Shown: one piece after another, positions 22,542 to 31,990 of the stretch | How positions within the stretch are numbered: the stretch's first letter is position 1 | Layout: every line of letters starts with the position of its first letter | The notes under the pieces: model-generated | Databases searched by the model: none | Seen by the model: the letters and a program-made list of their open reading frames with translations, nothing else | Told to the model about the DNA's origin: nothing | DNA from: Alphaproteobacteria bacterium | GTDB taxonomy: Bacteria; Pseudomonadota; Alphaproteobacteria; MPNO01; UBA830 | Reading direction: 5' to 3' | DNA: 64,000 bases | Assembly: GCA_965243135.1 (NCBI GenBank) | Contig: OZ251539.1 | Coordinates: forward strand, 2,432,001 to 2,496,000 | Program-made: the position numbers and the translations under genes

Positions 22542-24338
22542 GTGACGCTTCTGGCCCTGAAGGACGTCAATGTCGCGACGCGGATCGACGGGCGGCGCGT
22601 AGACGTGCTTCGCGACGTTTCGCTCGCCGTCGGCCGGGGCGAACTGGTCGGCGTCGTCGGCGAATCCGGCGCGGGGAAATCCATGTTGGGCCGCTTGATC
22701 GCCGACATGCTGCCGAAAGGCTTTTCGGTAAGCGGCGGCGGCGTCGCCTTTCGCGGCCGCGACTTGTTGGGCATGCCGACGCGCGAACGATCCGGTTTGC
22801 TGGGCAGCGCGATCGCCTTCGTGCCTCAGCACCCCATGACGTCGCTCAATCCCGTTCTATCGTTGGGGGCTCAGTTCGACGAGCATCTGAAACGCCTCGG
22901 CCACGTCGGCAAGGCTGCGCGGCGCGACCGGGTTGTCGCCGCGCTCGACGCCGTCCGTTTGCCGCGTCCGGCGGACCTGTTGCGCCGATTCCCGCACCAG
23001 CTCTCCGGCGGTCAGTGCCAGCGGGCGTTGATCGCCATGGCTTTCGCCGGAAAGCCCGATCTTATCGTCGCCGACGAGCCGACGACGGCCCTGGACATGA
23101 TCGCGCAGGCGCGGGTCATGGATCTCATCGGCGAACTGCAACGCGACAGCGACACCGGCTTGCTGTTCATAACCCACGATCTGCGGCTGGCGGCGAAGCA
23201 TTGTCAGCGGATCGCCGTCATGTATACGGGCGAAGTCGTGGAGACCGGTCCGGCGGCGGCGTTGCTCGAAGATCCGTTGCATCCCTACACGTGCAGCCTG
23301 ATTGCCGCCAACCCTGGACTCAGCGGACCGATCCGGCGCCTCGTCGCCTTGCCCGACCGCATGCCCGGCCTCGCCGGTTTCGCCGACCTGCCGGGATGCC
23401 GCTTCGCTCCGCGTTGCCCCGTTCGGGACGACTCCTGCGCCATGACCCGCTCGCCGTTAAAGGAGGTCGCGCCCGGACGCTTCGTCCGCGGCGCCGAAGC
23501 CTGCCGAGGGGCGCTGCCGACTTCGGCGGGTCATGTCCAACGTCCGGTCGCCGCGGCGGGTCCGATTCTGTCGGTCAACGGGTTAGGAAAGACCTTTCGG
23601 TCCGGCCGCGACTGGCTGGGACGCCGCCGAGCGCCGGTCGCGGCGGTCGATCGGGTGACGTTCGACGTCGCGTTCGGCGAGTTCGTCGGACTTGTCGGCG
23701 AAAGCGGCAGCGGCAAGTCGACCGTCGCCCGGTTGTTGGTGGGCCTCGAAACGCCGGATTGCGGTCGCGTCGTCGTGGACGGTCACGACGTCACCGGACC
23801 GTTTCGGCGCGCCGCGGCGCAACGCGTCAACCTGATCCAGATGATTTTTCAGGATCCGCAGTCGGCGCTCAATCCGCGTCAACGGGTCGGTCGCCTGGTC
23901 ACGCAATCGATGGAAGCGCGGCGGCCGGCGGCCCGCTGGCCGCAGCGGATGGAGCGGGCGCGCGAGCTTTTGCGCCAAACCGGACTCGCATCCGATACGA
24001 TCGACCGCTTTCCCGCTCAGGTCTCCGGCGGTCAGCGTCAGCGGATCAATATCGCCCGGGCTCTTTGCGCTTTGCCCAAAGTCCTGATCGCCGACGAGAT
24101 CGTCTCGGGTCTCGACGTTTCGGTGCAGGCCCAGATTCTCAATTTGTTGATCGACATGCGCGAGCGGATGGGCGTTTCCTTGCTTTTCATCAGTCACGAC
24201 CTCTCGGTGATACGCTACCTGTGCGACCGGGTGGCAATCATGAATCATGGCCGAATCGTGGAGCAAGGGCCGACGGAAGAAGTGTTCCGCTCGCCTCGCC
24301 ACGACTACACCAAGGCTCTGCTGGCCGCAGTGCCCTGA
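22542..24338 (+). CDS. Fused double ABC ATPase (DppD/DppF-like)
   Basis: Two GESGxGKS, two xSGGQxQR, two Walker B, GCRFAPRCP. Confidence 0.92.
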   Translation: MTLLALKDVNVATRIDGRRVDVLRDVSLAVGRGELVGVVGESGAGKSMLGRLIADMLPKGFSVSGGGVAFRGRDLLGMPTRERSGLLGSAIAFVPQHPMTSLNPVLSLGAQFDEHLKRLGHVGKAARRDRVVAALDAVRLPRPADLLRRFPHQLSGGQCQRALIAMAFAGKPDLIVADEPTTALDMIAQARVMDLIGELQRDSDTGLLFITHDLRLAAKHCQRIAVMYTGEVVETGPAAALLEDPLHPYTCSLIAANPGLSGPIRRLVALPDRMPGLAGFADLPGCRFAPRCPVRDDSCAMTRSPLKEVAPGRFVRGAEACRGALPTSAGHVQRPVAAAGPILSVNGLGKTFRSGRDWLGRRRAPVAAVDRVTFDVAFGEFVGLVGESGSGKSTVARLLVGLETPDCGRVVVDGHDVTGPFRRAAAQRVNLIQMIFQDPQSALNPRQRVGRLVTQSMEARRPAARWPQRMERARELLRQTGLASDTIDRFPAQVSGGQRQRINIARALCALPKVLIADEIVSGLDVSVQAQILNLLIDMRERMGVSLLFISHDLSVIRYLCDRVAIMNHGRIVEQGPTEEVFRSPRHDYTKALLAAVP

Positions 24339-24586
24339 AGCCGCCGCGCTTCGCGCATGGACGCCGACGCAAGCGCATTTCGAGCTCGGCCGGACGGCGA
24401 CGCCCGGCCGAATCCGGGCGCTTTCTCGAAGCGGCGTAGAGGCGCGCGAAAAACGAGCCGTAGAATCGTGCGAGAAGGCTGCGCAACCAATTTCATGAAT
24501 GGCCGACGCATATGACGCATATAGCGAAAGGGAAGTTGGCGGCGGAAGCCCGATTGATGCTCCGGCGCAGGGCGGCAGAATGGAAT

Positions 24587-24647
24587 TGCGAAGTGGCGCA
24601 GTCCGGTAGCGCGCCAAGCTCATAACCTGAAGGTCGCAGGTTCGAAT
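24587..24647 (+). pseudogene. Truncated, degenerate tRNA-Met(CAT), initiator-like; 3' strand missing
   Basis: D-arm GCGC-AGTCCGGTA-GCGC, loop CTCATAA, AGGTCGCAGGTTCGAAT; similarity stops after the T-loop; two mismatches in the anticodon stem. Confidence 0.8.
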
Positions 24648-24674
24648 GGCGGGTTGGGGATTATCCGCTCGGGA

Positions 24675-24750
24675 ATCGATGCGCTCGCCCCAAGGTTGGC
24701 GGTTGCGCTCTCCGAGCGGCGGTCCCCAGTTACACCACCGGTAGACCGGC
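24675..24750 (-). repeat. Duplicated 3' end of a VWA-like (DUF2201-type) gene; partner at ~27232-27308
   Basis: TCGATGCGCTCGCCCCAxGGTTGGCGGTTGCGC...CCCCAGTTxCACCACCGG at both sites. Confidence 0.75.
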
Positions 24751-24764
24751 GCGGACCGGCGCTC

Positions 24765-25005
24765 CTAGAGGCCTGCGAAGGCGAACGATCCGCGATTCCT
24801 CATGCCGATAAGCCAGGGTTGCTTCGCCCCGCCCGTGCGCTTCCATTCGTAGAACCCGTTCGCCGGGATCAGGCAGCGGCGGGTGGCGAACGCGGCCCGG
24901 AACGAGGGCTTGGTCCGCGCCGTCTCCGAACGCGCGTTGATGAGCTTGTGGCCGATCGCGGGCCCCTGGCCCATCCCGGCGCGGGACCCCAACGCAGCAT
25001 CGAAA
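24765..25005 (-). pseudogene. SOS response-associated peptidase (SRAP/HMCES) internal fragment
   Basis: LRWG..KLINARSET..PSFRAAF..RRCLIPANGFYEWK..KQPW..FAFAGL. Confidence 0.85.
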
Positions 25006-25158
25006 GACTGCGGCGGCCCGGAGAAATCGAGAAACAGGTTCGCCTGATCCCAAGTGAACGTCCGCGTGAAGCGGCCTCACATGATCGAACTCGTATCCTC
25101 GGCCGGTTATCCTCAAACGACGTTCGCGACGCGGCGGATTCGAGGCGCCCCACTGCCG

Positions 25159-26181
25159 TCACGTTCGATTTATCGTGGCATCGGCGTGGCGAAGCTGGTT
25201 CACGATCCATTCGAACGTCGGCGCGTCGCCGAGGATCATGTCGTGCATGGCCCGGTAATCGCGCTCGATCGCCGTGCGCAGTCCCGGCTGCGGGACCAGT
25301 CGCAGCGGGAACGGCCTCCTCGAACCGTTTCCAGGCCTGCCGGAAGGCGACGAGGTTATGGTTCCGGACCGCCTCCAGCAGACCTTGGTCCGACAGATTG
25401 CCGATCCCGCTCGCCGTCATCATCGCAGCGTCGTAGTAGTGGCGCGAGATCCGGTCCTTGTCGGCCGGCAGCCGCTTCGCGTCCCGGTATCCGCAATGCA
25501 CGCCGTGCAGGATCAGCAGTTTCTCCCAATACGTCCGCTCCGGCGCGATCGTCGCGACGTTCTCCGCGTCGAACGACCAATCGGGCAGATCGTCGGCGAC
25601 ATAGGGACGGACGGCGCGAGTCACGCTGGGTTCCAGCGCCGACCGTGCGCCGGCTTCGATCTTCACGCGCGGAGAGACATAGGCAGTGCCGCCGCTCGGA
25701 TACAGGTGGGACGAGAAGCGTCTGCCCGTCGCCGTCGTCCTCGTCCGGGACGACATCGCACCCGCCCGTCATCTCGCCGATCAACTCTGACAAGGCGGCG
25801 TTCAGTTTCCCGAGAACGTAGCCGCCGCACGCCCGGGCGAGTTCCTCGAACAGCGCCTCCCTCTTCCTGTTCGATAGGCCATCCGCGATGGTCGGGTCCC
25901 GGTCACCCGCGAAGCCCAGGTCGACGCGGTGGACGACGACGTCGATGTCTTCGGAGAACCGCTGGATCAGTCCGAAGGCCTTGGAGAGCGAGGTCCCGCC
26001 CTTGAAGAGCAGCGTGCCCGTCGGGAAGCCAGTTGTACAACGCGTCGAGAACGAGACAGATCCAGAAATCCTTCTCCACATGGCCGGGCAATGTGCCCAA
26101 GCGGCGCGCCGCGGACTCGAACACGTCCCGCCTGTTCCGTTCCGAAAGGGCGAGGAAGGACTCGAAGGCTTCCGCCGTCAT
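25159..26181 (-). pseudogene. AbiEii/AbiGii-family nucleotidyltransferase toxin, multiply frameshifted
   Basis: VEKDFWICLVL, FKGGTSLSKAFGLIQRFSEDID, KIEAGARS, PERTYWEKL, SRHYYD spread over different frames. Confidence 0.85.
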
Positions 26182-26801
26182 GCCGCGGCGGCCCGGTCGG
26201 ACGCGACGTCGCGCACGAGCGGCAGCGCCCAGCCGGGCAGGTCGCGGCCGTTGACGTACAGATCCTGCTTCACCGCGTCGGGAAGGCGGCGCTTCAGAAT
26301 CGAGACGACCCGCACGTCGGCGGCGGCGTCAGGGCCGAGCCATCGCAGCGCCTGAGCCACCGGAGCCGCCGGCCGGCCGGCCCATCGCATGACGCGGGGG
26401 CCTGCGTGCCGGAACCGGATCGTCCTTCCGTCGATCTCGACCGTCCTCGAAGCGCCGTCCGTCGCGTAGCTGGCCTTGGCGGGCACCGCGTTGGTGAGAC
26501 CGAGGCCGTGGGCGGCGGCCGCGCCGTCGGGCATGATGCGGATGCAGTCCCGCCGCACGAGGGCCGCGACGGCGGCGTCGAGATCGACCGGCGCGGGCCG
26601 CTTCAGCACGTCACTCGTTCTCGGCAGGTCGTAGAGGCCGCGCCCGGCCCGGCGCAGCCGGCCGGCCTTGACGAGGCGCGAAAGCGCTTGGTCGACAGCC
26701 TGACGGCCGCCGAGGTCGAGAAAATCCTTCGGCGTGCACACCCATCTTCCCCGGCCGTGCGCGCTCACCCTCTTCATGATCCTGTCGGCCACGCGGGTCA
26801 T
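26178..26801 (-). CDS. DUF6088-family AbiEi-like type IV antitoxin
   Basis: TPKDFLDLG, AVDQALSRL, RRAGRGLY, AAAHGLGLTNAVP, YATDG; 4-bp overlap with the toxin. Confidence 0.85.
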   Translation of the reverse strand: MTRVADRIMKRVSAHGRGRWVCTPKDFLDLGGRQAVDQALSRLVKAGRLRRAGRGLYDLPRTSDVLKRPAPVDLDAAVAALVRRDCIRIMPDGAAAAHGLGLTNAVPAKASYATDGASRTVEIDGRTIRFRHAGPRVMRWAGRPAAPVAQALRWLGPDAAADVRVVSILKRRLPDAVKQDLYVNGRDLPGWALPLVRDVASDRAAAA

Positions 26802-26827
26802 CGGACCACCCCCTGGAGGCGATTGTC

Positions 26828-26862
26828 TGTCAGAAAATATATACATTTTTACTGCCTCGACA
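26828..26862. promoter_or_regulatory. Putative AbiEi operator (imperfect AT-rich palindrome)
   Basis: TGTCAGAAAA-TATATACA-TTTTTACTG..TCGACA; related motif at 50845-50872. Confidence 0.45.
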
Positions 26863-27227
26863 ACCGATGTCTTTGCTTGAAGACCGCCAAGCCGGAACAA
26901 ACGCTCATGATCGGCGCCTGCTCACCCCGTAGCATGTAACTGGTGGTTTTGCCGGCGTCGCGCCGCTATCATGCACCGACATAACCGTTCCGCGTTCGGG
27001 CGTCGCGGCGTGAAGACAGGGCTGTACGGGGCAGCCCTCAGCGTCACGCTCCCGAATGCTCGAACGGCAAGCACCGCCGCGAAAAATCTTCGATTCGCGG
27101 AACGGGTTGTTATGGCCTGCGGCTCGGGGTAGTTACACAGCAAAGGCGCAGTGTACGACCTGCTCTTTGGACCTGATCGGCTTGCCTCGCTGGTCAGCGG
27201 CCGAAACGCACAGCCTCATGGCTCCAC

Positions 27228-27625
27228 CATGTCGATGCGCTCGCCCCAGGGTTGGCGGTTGCGCGCGCCGGGCGGCGGACCCCAGTTGCACCACCGGATA
27301 GTCCGGCTCGGCCTCCGGGTAACGGTCGCATTTTATGTCGGTCAGATACGGGCAGCAGCTTGGGCGCAGCCCCTGCTCGGAGAGCCACGCGGAGCCCGGC
27401 CGAAAGTCGGTGCCGCCGCGTCCCTTGATCGCGATCCGCTCCGGCAGGTCGCCGGAGGCATGGATGGCGGCATCCTGGACGGCGGCATCGACCTGGATGA
27501 GCGCCACGGTCTCGGGTTGCAGTTCCGCCGCGATCTCCCGGACCTCGGTCCAGAACAGGGCGAGCGTGTCGGTCGGCAGCGTCGGCGCATGACCGGCCGG
27601 GGTCACGGCATTGACTAGCGACGGC
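27228..27625 (-). pseudogene. VWA-like (DUF2201-type) C-terminal fragment
   Basis: LFWTEVREIA, LIQVDAAVQ, KGRGGTDFRP, YLTD, PDYPVV, frameshifted CNWGPPP..PWGERID. Confidence 0.7.
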
Positions 27626-27672
27626 GGCGTCCCCATGTTCAAGCAATTCAGAATCCGTAGCGTGGAAGACTC

Positions 27673-28137
27673 ATGAACCGGGAAGGGTTCGTGCGAGACG
27701 CGGCGGCGCGCGGCAAGTACGCCCCGCTCTATCGCCATCTCTCCGTGCGTTCCGAGGCGGAATGGCGCGTTTCCTTCGATGAGGTCGAGGCGATCCTGGG
27801 CTTCCGCCTACCGGATTCGGCACGCCTGTACCGACCCTGGTGGTCAAACCAGGGAAAGAGCGGCGGACACAGCCATGCGCTCTCCTGGCAGGCGGCGTGC
27901 TGGCGGACGAGCGCCATCGACCTCGAGTCGGAGACACTGATGTTTCGGCGCGCGGCGGACGCGCCCGCGCAGGCCGGGAAACCGCATCGCGGGCAGCGGT
28001 TCGACATCGACGAGTTCTGGCCGCCGATTCGGGGCGGGTCTTGGCCGCCGGGTTTCACGGTCAGCCGCGAACAGATCTATGACGAGGCCGGGCGTCTGAC
28101 CGGCGGGCCGCAGGACGATTCCGAAGGCGACCTTTGA
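27673..28137 (+). CDS. DUF7662-like domain with antitoxin-like C-terminal tail; putative PIN antitoxin
   Basis: KYAPLYRHL, SFDEVEAILGFRLPDSA, WWSN, HALSW; tail FTVSREQIYDE. Confidence 0.6.
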   Translation: MNREGFVRDAAARGKYAPLYRHLSVRSEAEWRVSFDEVEAILGFRLPDSARLYRPWWSNQGKSGGHSHALSWQAACWRTSAIDLESETLMFRRAADAPAQAGKPHRGQRFDIDEFWPPIRGGSWPPGFTVSREQIYDEAGRLTGGPQDDSEGDL

Positions 28138-28145
28138 GGCGACGG

Positions 28146-28574
28146 ATGTTTTTCGACACCAATGTTCTGGTTCGGGCCCATTTCGAAGCCGCTCCCGACC
28201 ACCGGCTCGCCCGCCTCCGCATGAGCGAGGCCGGCAAGAGGCGGGAAACGTTGCGCGTTAGCCGACAAGTCCTCCGAGAATATCTGGCGACCGTCACCCG
28301 TCCGCAAGCTTGGTCTCCACCGGTGGACGAGGCGCTGGGACACGCAGCGAGACTCGAAGCCAGGTTCGACATACTAGAGGACGGCCCGGCGGTGACGGAC
28401 GCGCTCGCGACGCTCTGTCGCGAAGTACCGGTCGCGGGCAAGCAGGTTCACGACGCCAATATCGTGGCGACCATGCTGGTCCATGGCGAATGGCGCCTTT
28501 TGACCTTCGATGCGCGCGGTTTCCGCCGGTACGAGGGGCGAATAGAACTGGTGGACGCGGGGGCGGCGGAATAA
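28146..28574 (+). CDS. PIN-domain (VapC-like) ribonuclease
   Basis: FFDTNVLV, QVLREY, QVHDANIVATML, LLTFD. Confidence 0.85.
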   Translation: MFFDTNVLVRAHFEAAPDHRLARLRMSEAGKRRETLRVSRQVLREYLATVTRPQAWSPPVDEALGHAARLEARFDILEDGPAVTDALATLCREVPVAGKQVHDANIVATMLVHGEWRLLTFDARGFRRYEGRIELVDAGAAE

Positions 28575-28609
28575 GCGCCAAGGCTGACGGGACGCTGGCG
28601 GCCGCAGCC

Positions 28610-28860
28610 AAGCAGCGGGTCGAGGAAGGGCCGGAGGCGCCCCGCGCCGGGCTTGCGCCCTATGTCGAGAAGCATATGCGCGACCGCCGCGGCGAAGATT
28701 GGCGGCAGTATGCCAGCCGCGCCGTGCGAGGCGACTCCACCGACCCGCTGGACGTCCAGGCGCTGTTGAGGACGATGTTCGACAACTGGAACGATCCGGC
28801 ACGATGAGCGACTACGCAGGACGCGGAGTTTTATTTCGCTCTTGATCGATGCGCGCGACG
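28610..28860 (+). pseudogene. Swt1-like HEPN domain fragment
   Basis: GLAPYVEKHM, PLDVQALLRTMFDNWND, shifted RSFISLLIDAR. Confidence 0.55.
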
Positions 28861-29061
28861 CCGCTGCGCTAACTCGACTCCGTGTTCGGGTCCGAAATGC
28901 CGCGCGAAGGCCTCGGACGGCTTCGGCCGGCACTCGGTCTTGACACGCTTCTCGCGGATAAGGCGGCGGACGAACTCTTCCATCGAAACGCCAACGTGAC
29001 GCGCTTCGCGCTTGAGCCAGGACTTGTCTCATGGATCGATGTCGCGGACGGTGGTGTTCAT
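28831..29061 (-). pseudogene. FitA-like ribbon-helix-helix antitoxin with in-frame TGA at codon 11
   Basis: MNTTVRDIDP*DKSWLKREARHVGVSMEEFVRRLIRE...FARHFGPEHGVEL; GGAGG RBS. Confidence 0.6.
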
Positions 29062-29499
29062 CTTGGCAGCCTCCCTGCGTCCACGTAATGGAGAAGAGGG
29101 CGTCGGACGATCTCGCTTGGGGTTGCGGGCTTGCGGCCCTTGGGGAGGCACTTGGCGTGGGATCTGTTGCGCTTGAGGCTGGCGTGGAAGACCTTGCGGC
29201 GCAAGCTGGGGACGGGGGAGACGGTTCTTTGGGCAAGGCGCGGCGATGGACGGGATCGTCCGAAGAGCCGAAGGTGGTCGTTGACGAAACTGCGTTGTCG
29301 GACAAGAAAACATGGCGCGACCGGAATGCGCAGCCCCGAAGCGCGTTCAATGGAATATTCAATGCCGACTGCACAAAGAATCAGCAAAAACAACCTACTT
29401 ATATGACAGCATGTCAGGAATTCCGAAGCTGGAAGACTGCCTACTCTCGCCCTCCTGTCCTTGACTTGAGGTTTTTGGAACAAAGGTTACCTTACGATC

Positions 29500-31059
29500 A
29501 TGACCACTCGCTGGGAATTCTACGGACGCCGCCGCGAGCTGGGCGGCCTGCTGGAGAAGATGCGCCGGGACCGATGGTTCTTCGCCGCTATCCACGGCCG
29601 CCGCCGGATCGGCAAGACCGCCCTGGTCCAGCAGGCGCTGAACACGCTCGCGGAGGACGACGCGCGCCCGGCGCTTCTGGTACAGTTGCCCGACAGCAAC
29701 GCAGCGGATCTCGCCGCGGTGTTCCAGAACGCCGTTCGGGAAGCGGGGATCGAAAACCGTCTCGATGGAGGAGACCGTATCCGCGACCTGCCCGGCGTGG
29801 CGGCCGCGGTGGGAGCGCTCTGCGCCGAGAGTATGATCGTGGCTCTCGACGAATTCCAGCTCTGCCGCCGAGGACCGTTGAGCGCCTTGCCGTCTCTGCT
29901 TCAGGCGCAAGTGGACCGGCTCCAGGACCGGGATGCGGCGGGCGGACTGATCGTTCTCGGCTCGGTCCAGACCGAAATGGAAGCCTTGCTCGAAGACCGG
30001 AGGGCGCCGCTGTTCGGGCGGACGACGTTCCATGTCTCGCTCGGTCCATGGGATCTGCGGACGGTCTTCGAAGTCTGCAGCAAGCACGGCGCGGGCGATC
30101 CGGCGCGCTGCCTGACCCTCTGGACGCTGTTCGGCGGCATCCCCAAATACTGGCGACACTTCGCCGAGACGGACGGGCTGGACGCCGTTCCGGACTGGAC
30201 GGATTGGGCGGCGGAACTGTGCGTACGGCTCTTCCTGCGCTCCGACGCCCTCCTCCGCGAGGAGGGCGAGGCGCTGATGGGGCGCGAGTTGCGCCGTGCC
30301 TATCTCGCTATCTTCCGCACGCTAGCGGAACGGAGGGTCTGCTCCCATGCGGAGTTGAAGGAGGCGTTGCCTGACCAAACGAGCCTGGGGCCTTATCTGA
30401 AAACTCTGACCCGGGACTTGCGCCTGATCGACAAGGAACTTCCGGTGTTCGCCGACGACTCGTCGAGGGGCGCACGGTACGTCGTTTCCGACCCGTTCCT
30501 GCGCGCTTGGCTCGCCGCATTGCAACCCGCCTGCCAGGCCGCACGGATTTCTCCTGTGGCGGAGGTGGCGGCGCGCTTGCTCCCGAGGCTTCGCGCCCTG
30601 GAGGGGCATGCCTTCGAACGGATGGTGCGGGATGCGACCGAGGAGGCGTCGCGGGCGGGCGGCGGCGACTTCCCGCTGACGGACCGCGTCCGGGGCTATT
30701 GGAACAGGCCTCGATCCGCCCCCGAGGCGGTGGAGATCGATCTCGTGGCGTGGAACGACGACGACCGGCGCGTGCGCTTTGGCTCCTGCAAGCGGCACCG
30801 GCACGATGCCGGAGCGCTTCGCGCCTTCCGCGGCCATGTGGATCGGTTCCTGTCGACGCGGGCGGGACGCCGTTTCCGGGGCTGGCGGCAGGAACTCGCG
30901 CTGTTCTCTCCCTGGTTTTCGGAAGAGCGGCGTGCGAACCTCGAAGCCGAGGGTTGGACATGCCGCGATTTGGACGATTTCCGGCGCTCGCTTCTCGAAG
31001 ACGGGCGCGGTCCAAGGGGTCCGCTGGCGGCATCGTCGAAGGTCGCGGGAGACGAATGA
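29500..31059 (+). CDS. Archaeal-type ATPase (ATPase_2) with wHTH and C-terminal DUF234-like PD-(D/E)xK domain
   Basis: FYGRRREL, GRRRIGKT, IVALDEFQ, FGGIPKY, DPFLRAW, EIDLVA..FGSCK. Confidence 0.8.
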   Translation: MTTRWEFYGRRRELGGLLEKMRRDRWFFAAIHGRRRIGKTALVQQALNTLAEDDARPALLVQLPDSNAADLAAVFQNAVREAGIENRLDGGDRIRDLPGVAAAVGALCAESMIVALDEFQLCRRGPLSALPSLLQAQVDRLQDRDAAGGLIVLGSVQTEMEALLEDRRAPLFGRTTFHVSLGPWDLRTVFEVCSKHGAGDPARCLTLWTLFGGIPKYWRHFAETDGLDAVPDWTDWAAELCVRLFLRSDALLREEGEALMGRELRRAYLAIFRTLAERRVCSHAELKEALPDQTSLGPYLKTLTRDLRLIDKELPVFADDSSRGARYVVSDPFLRAWLAALQPACQAARISPVAEVAARLLPRLRALEGHAFERMVRDATEEASRAGGGDFPLTDRVRGYWNRPRSAPEAVEIDLVAWNDDDRRVRFGSCKRHRHDAGALRAFRGHVDRFLSTRAGRRFRGWRQELALFSPWFSEERRANLEAEGWTCRDLDDFRRSLLEDGRGPRGPLAASSKVAGDE

Positions 31060-31856
31060 TGGCGCGAGCGCTTCCGCGAACGGCGGAGTTCTGCCTGATC
31101 GTCGAGAACGGGGATTGGGGCGCAACGAGCCTCACGGCGATACGTGCAGTGCTCGCGTCCGCGGCCGACACCCTTTCGGAGGCTTTCGGAACGCCGCCCG
31201 ACGCGCCCGTTCGCGTCGCCCGGTGGAACCGGGAGCCTCGGGTGTTCTACGACATGCGGCCTTACGAGATCCGCATAAGTGCGCAAGATACCTACTGGTG
31301 CCAGTACGTCCACCAGTTCTCGCGGGAGCTGTGTCGTGCGATGACCGGTTTCGATCGCTTCAAGGGACACCGGCACAAGTGGTTCGAGGAAAGCCTGTGC
31401 GAACTGGCCTCGCTGTTCGTTCTGCACCGGCTGTCGAAGGTCTGGGCCGAGGAGCCGCTTCTCCATATATACCGGGCATCCGAGTTCGCGCCGAACCACG
31501 CGGCCTATGCGGAAAGGATGGAAGAGAAATATCGGACGCCTCACGGCATCGCCCTTCCGGGGTGGTTCGCCGCCAACATCGGGACGCTGGAGACGGACCC
31601 GCGCGACCTCGACGGCACTGTGGCGGTCGCCCTTCTGGACCGCTTCCGACGCGACCCCATTCTGTGGCGCGATTGCCTCCTGCTCAACCGGTGGGATCCG
31701 AGCGTGGACGCCACCTTCTCCGACTACCTCGAATCGTGGACGGCCTGCCTTCGCGAATACGGTTCCGACGCTCGGGTGCCAGCCCTCGTGCGGGAAACGC
31801 TCCGACCCGGTCTCGCGGCTTCCCGCGCCCCCTGCAGCCGTGCGGTGGCCGGATAA
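31056..31856 (+). CDS. Hypothetical zincin-like protein with degenerate metal-binding motif
   Basis: YWCQYVHQFSRELCR..KWFEESLCELAS; ATGA overlap with the ATPase. Confidence 0.5.
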   Translation: MMARALPRTAEFCLIVENGDWGATSLTAIRAVLASAADTLSEAFGTPPDAPVRVARWNREPRVFYDMRPYEIRISAQDTYWCQYVHQFSRELCRAMTGFDRFKGHRHKWFEESLCELASLFVLHRLSKVWAEEPLLHIYRASEFAPNHAAYAERMEEKYRTPHGIALPGWFAANIGTLETDPRDLDGTVAVALLDRFRRDPILWRDCLLLNRWDPSVDATFSDYLESWTACLREYGSDARVPALVRETLRPGLAASRAPCSRAVAG

Positions 31857-31867
31857 CGACGCCGGTC

Positions 31868-31990
31868 ATGTGCGGCCGTTTCACGCAAACCTTCGCTTGG
31901 TGGACCTGCTCCTCGGTCTGTCCGGCGCCTCGCTGAACCTTCAACCCCGCTACAACGTGGCGTCGAGCCAGGAAGCGGCGGTGGTCGCGA
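31868..31990 (+). pseudogene. SRAP N-terminal fragment
   Basis: MCGRFTQ, then shifted LNLQPRYNVASSQEAAVV. Confidence 0.75.

Noticed and set aside
24587-24660. Functional tRNA-Met
   Set aside because: No 3' T-stem or acceptor strand; anticodon stem mismatched.
29029-29031. TGA as selenocysteine or readthrough in the FitA-like gene
   Set aside because: Not a Cys-type position, and the surrounding decay makes a nonsense mutation more likely.
29090-29330. Possible transposase C-terminal remnant on the minus strand (KVFHASLKRN)
   Set aside because: Resemblance too short to support a call.
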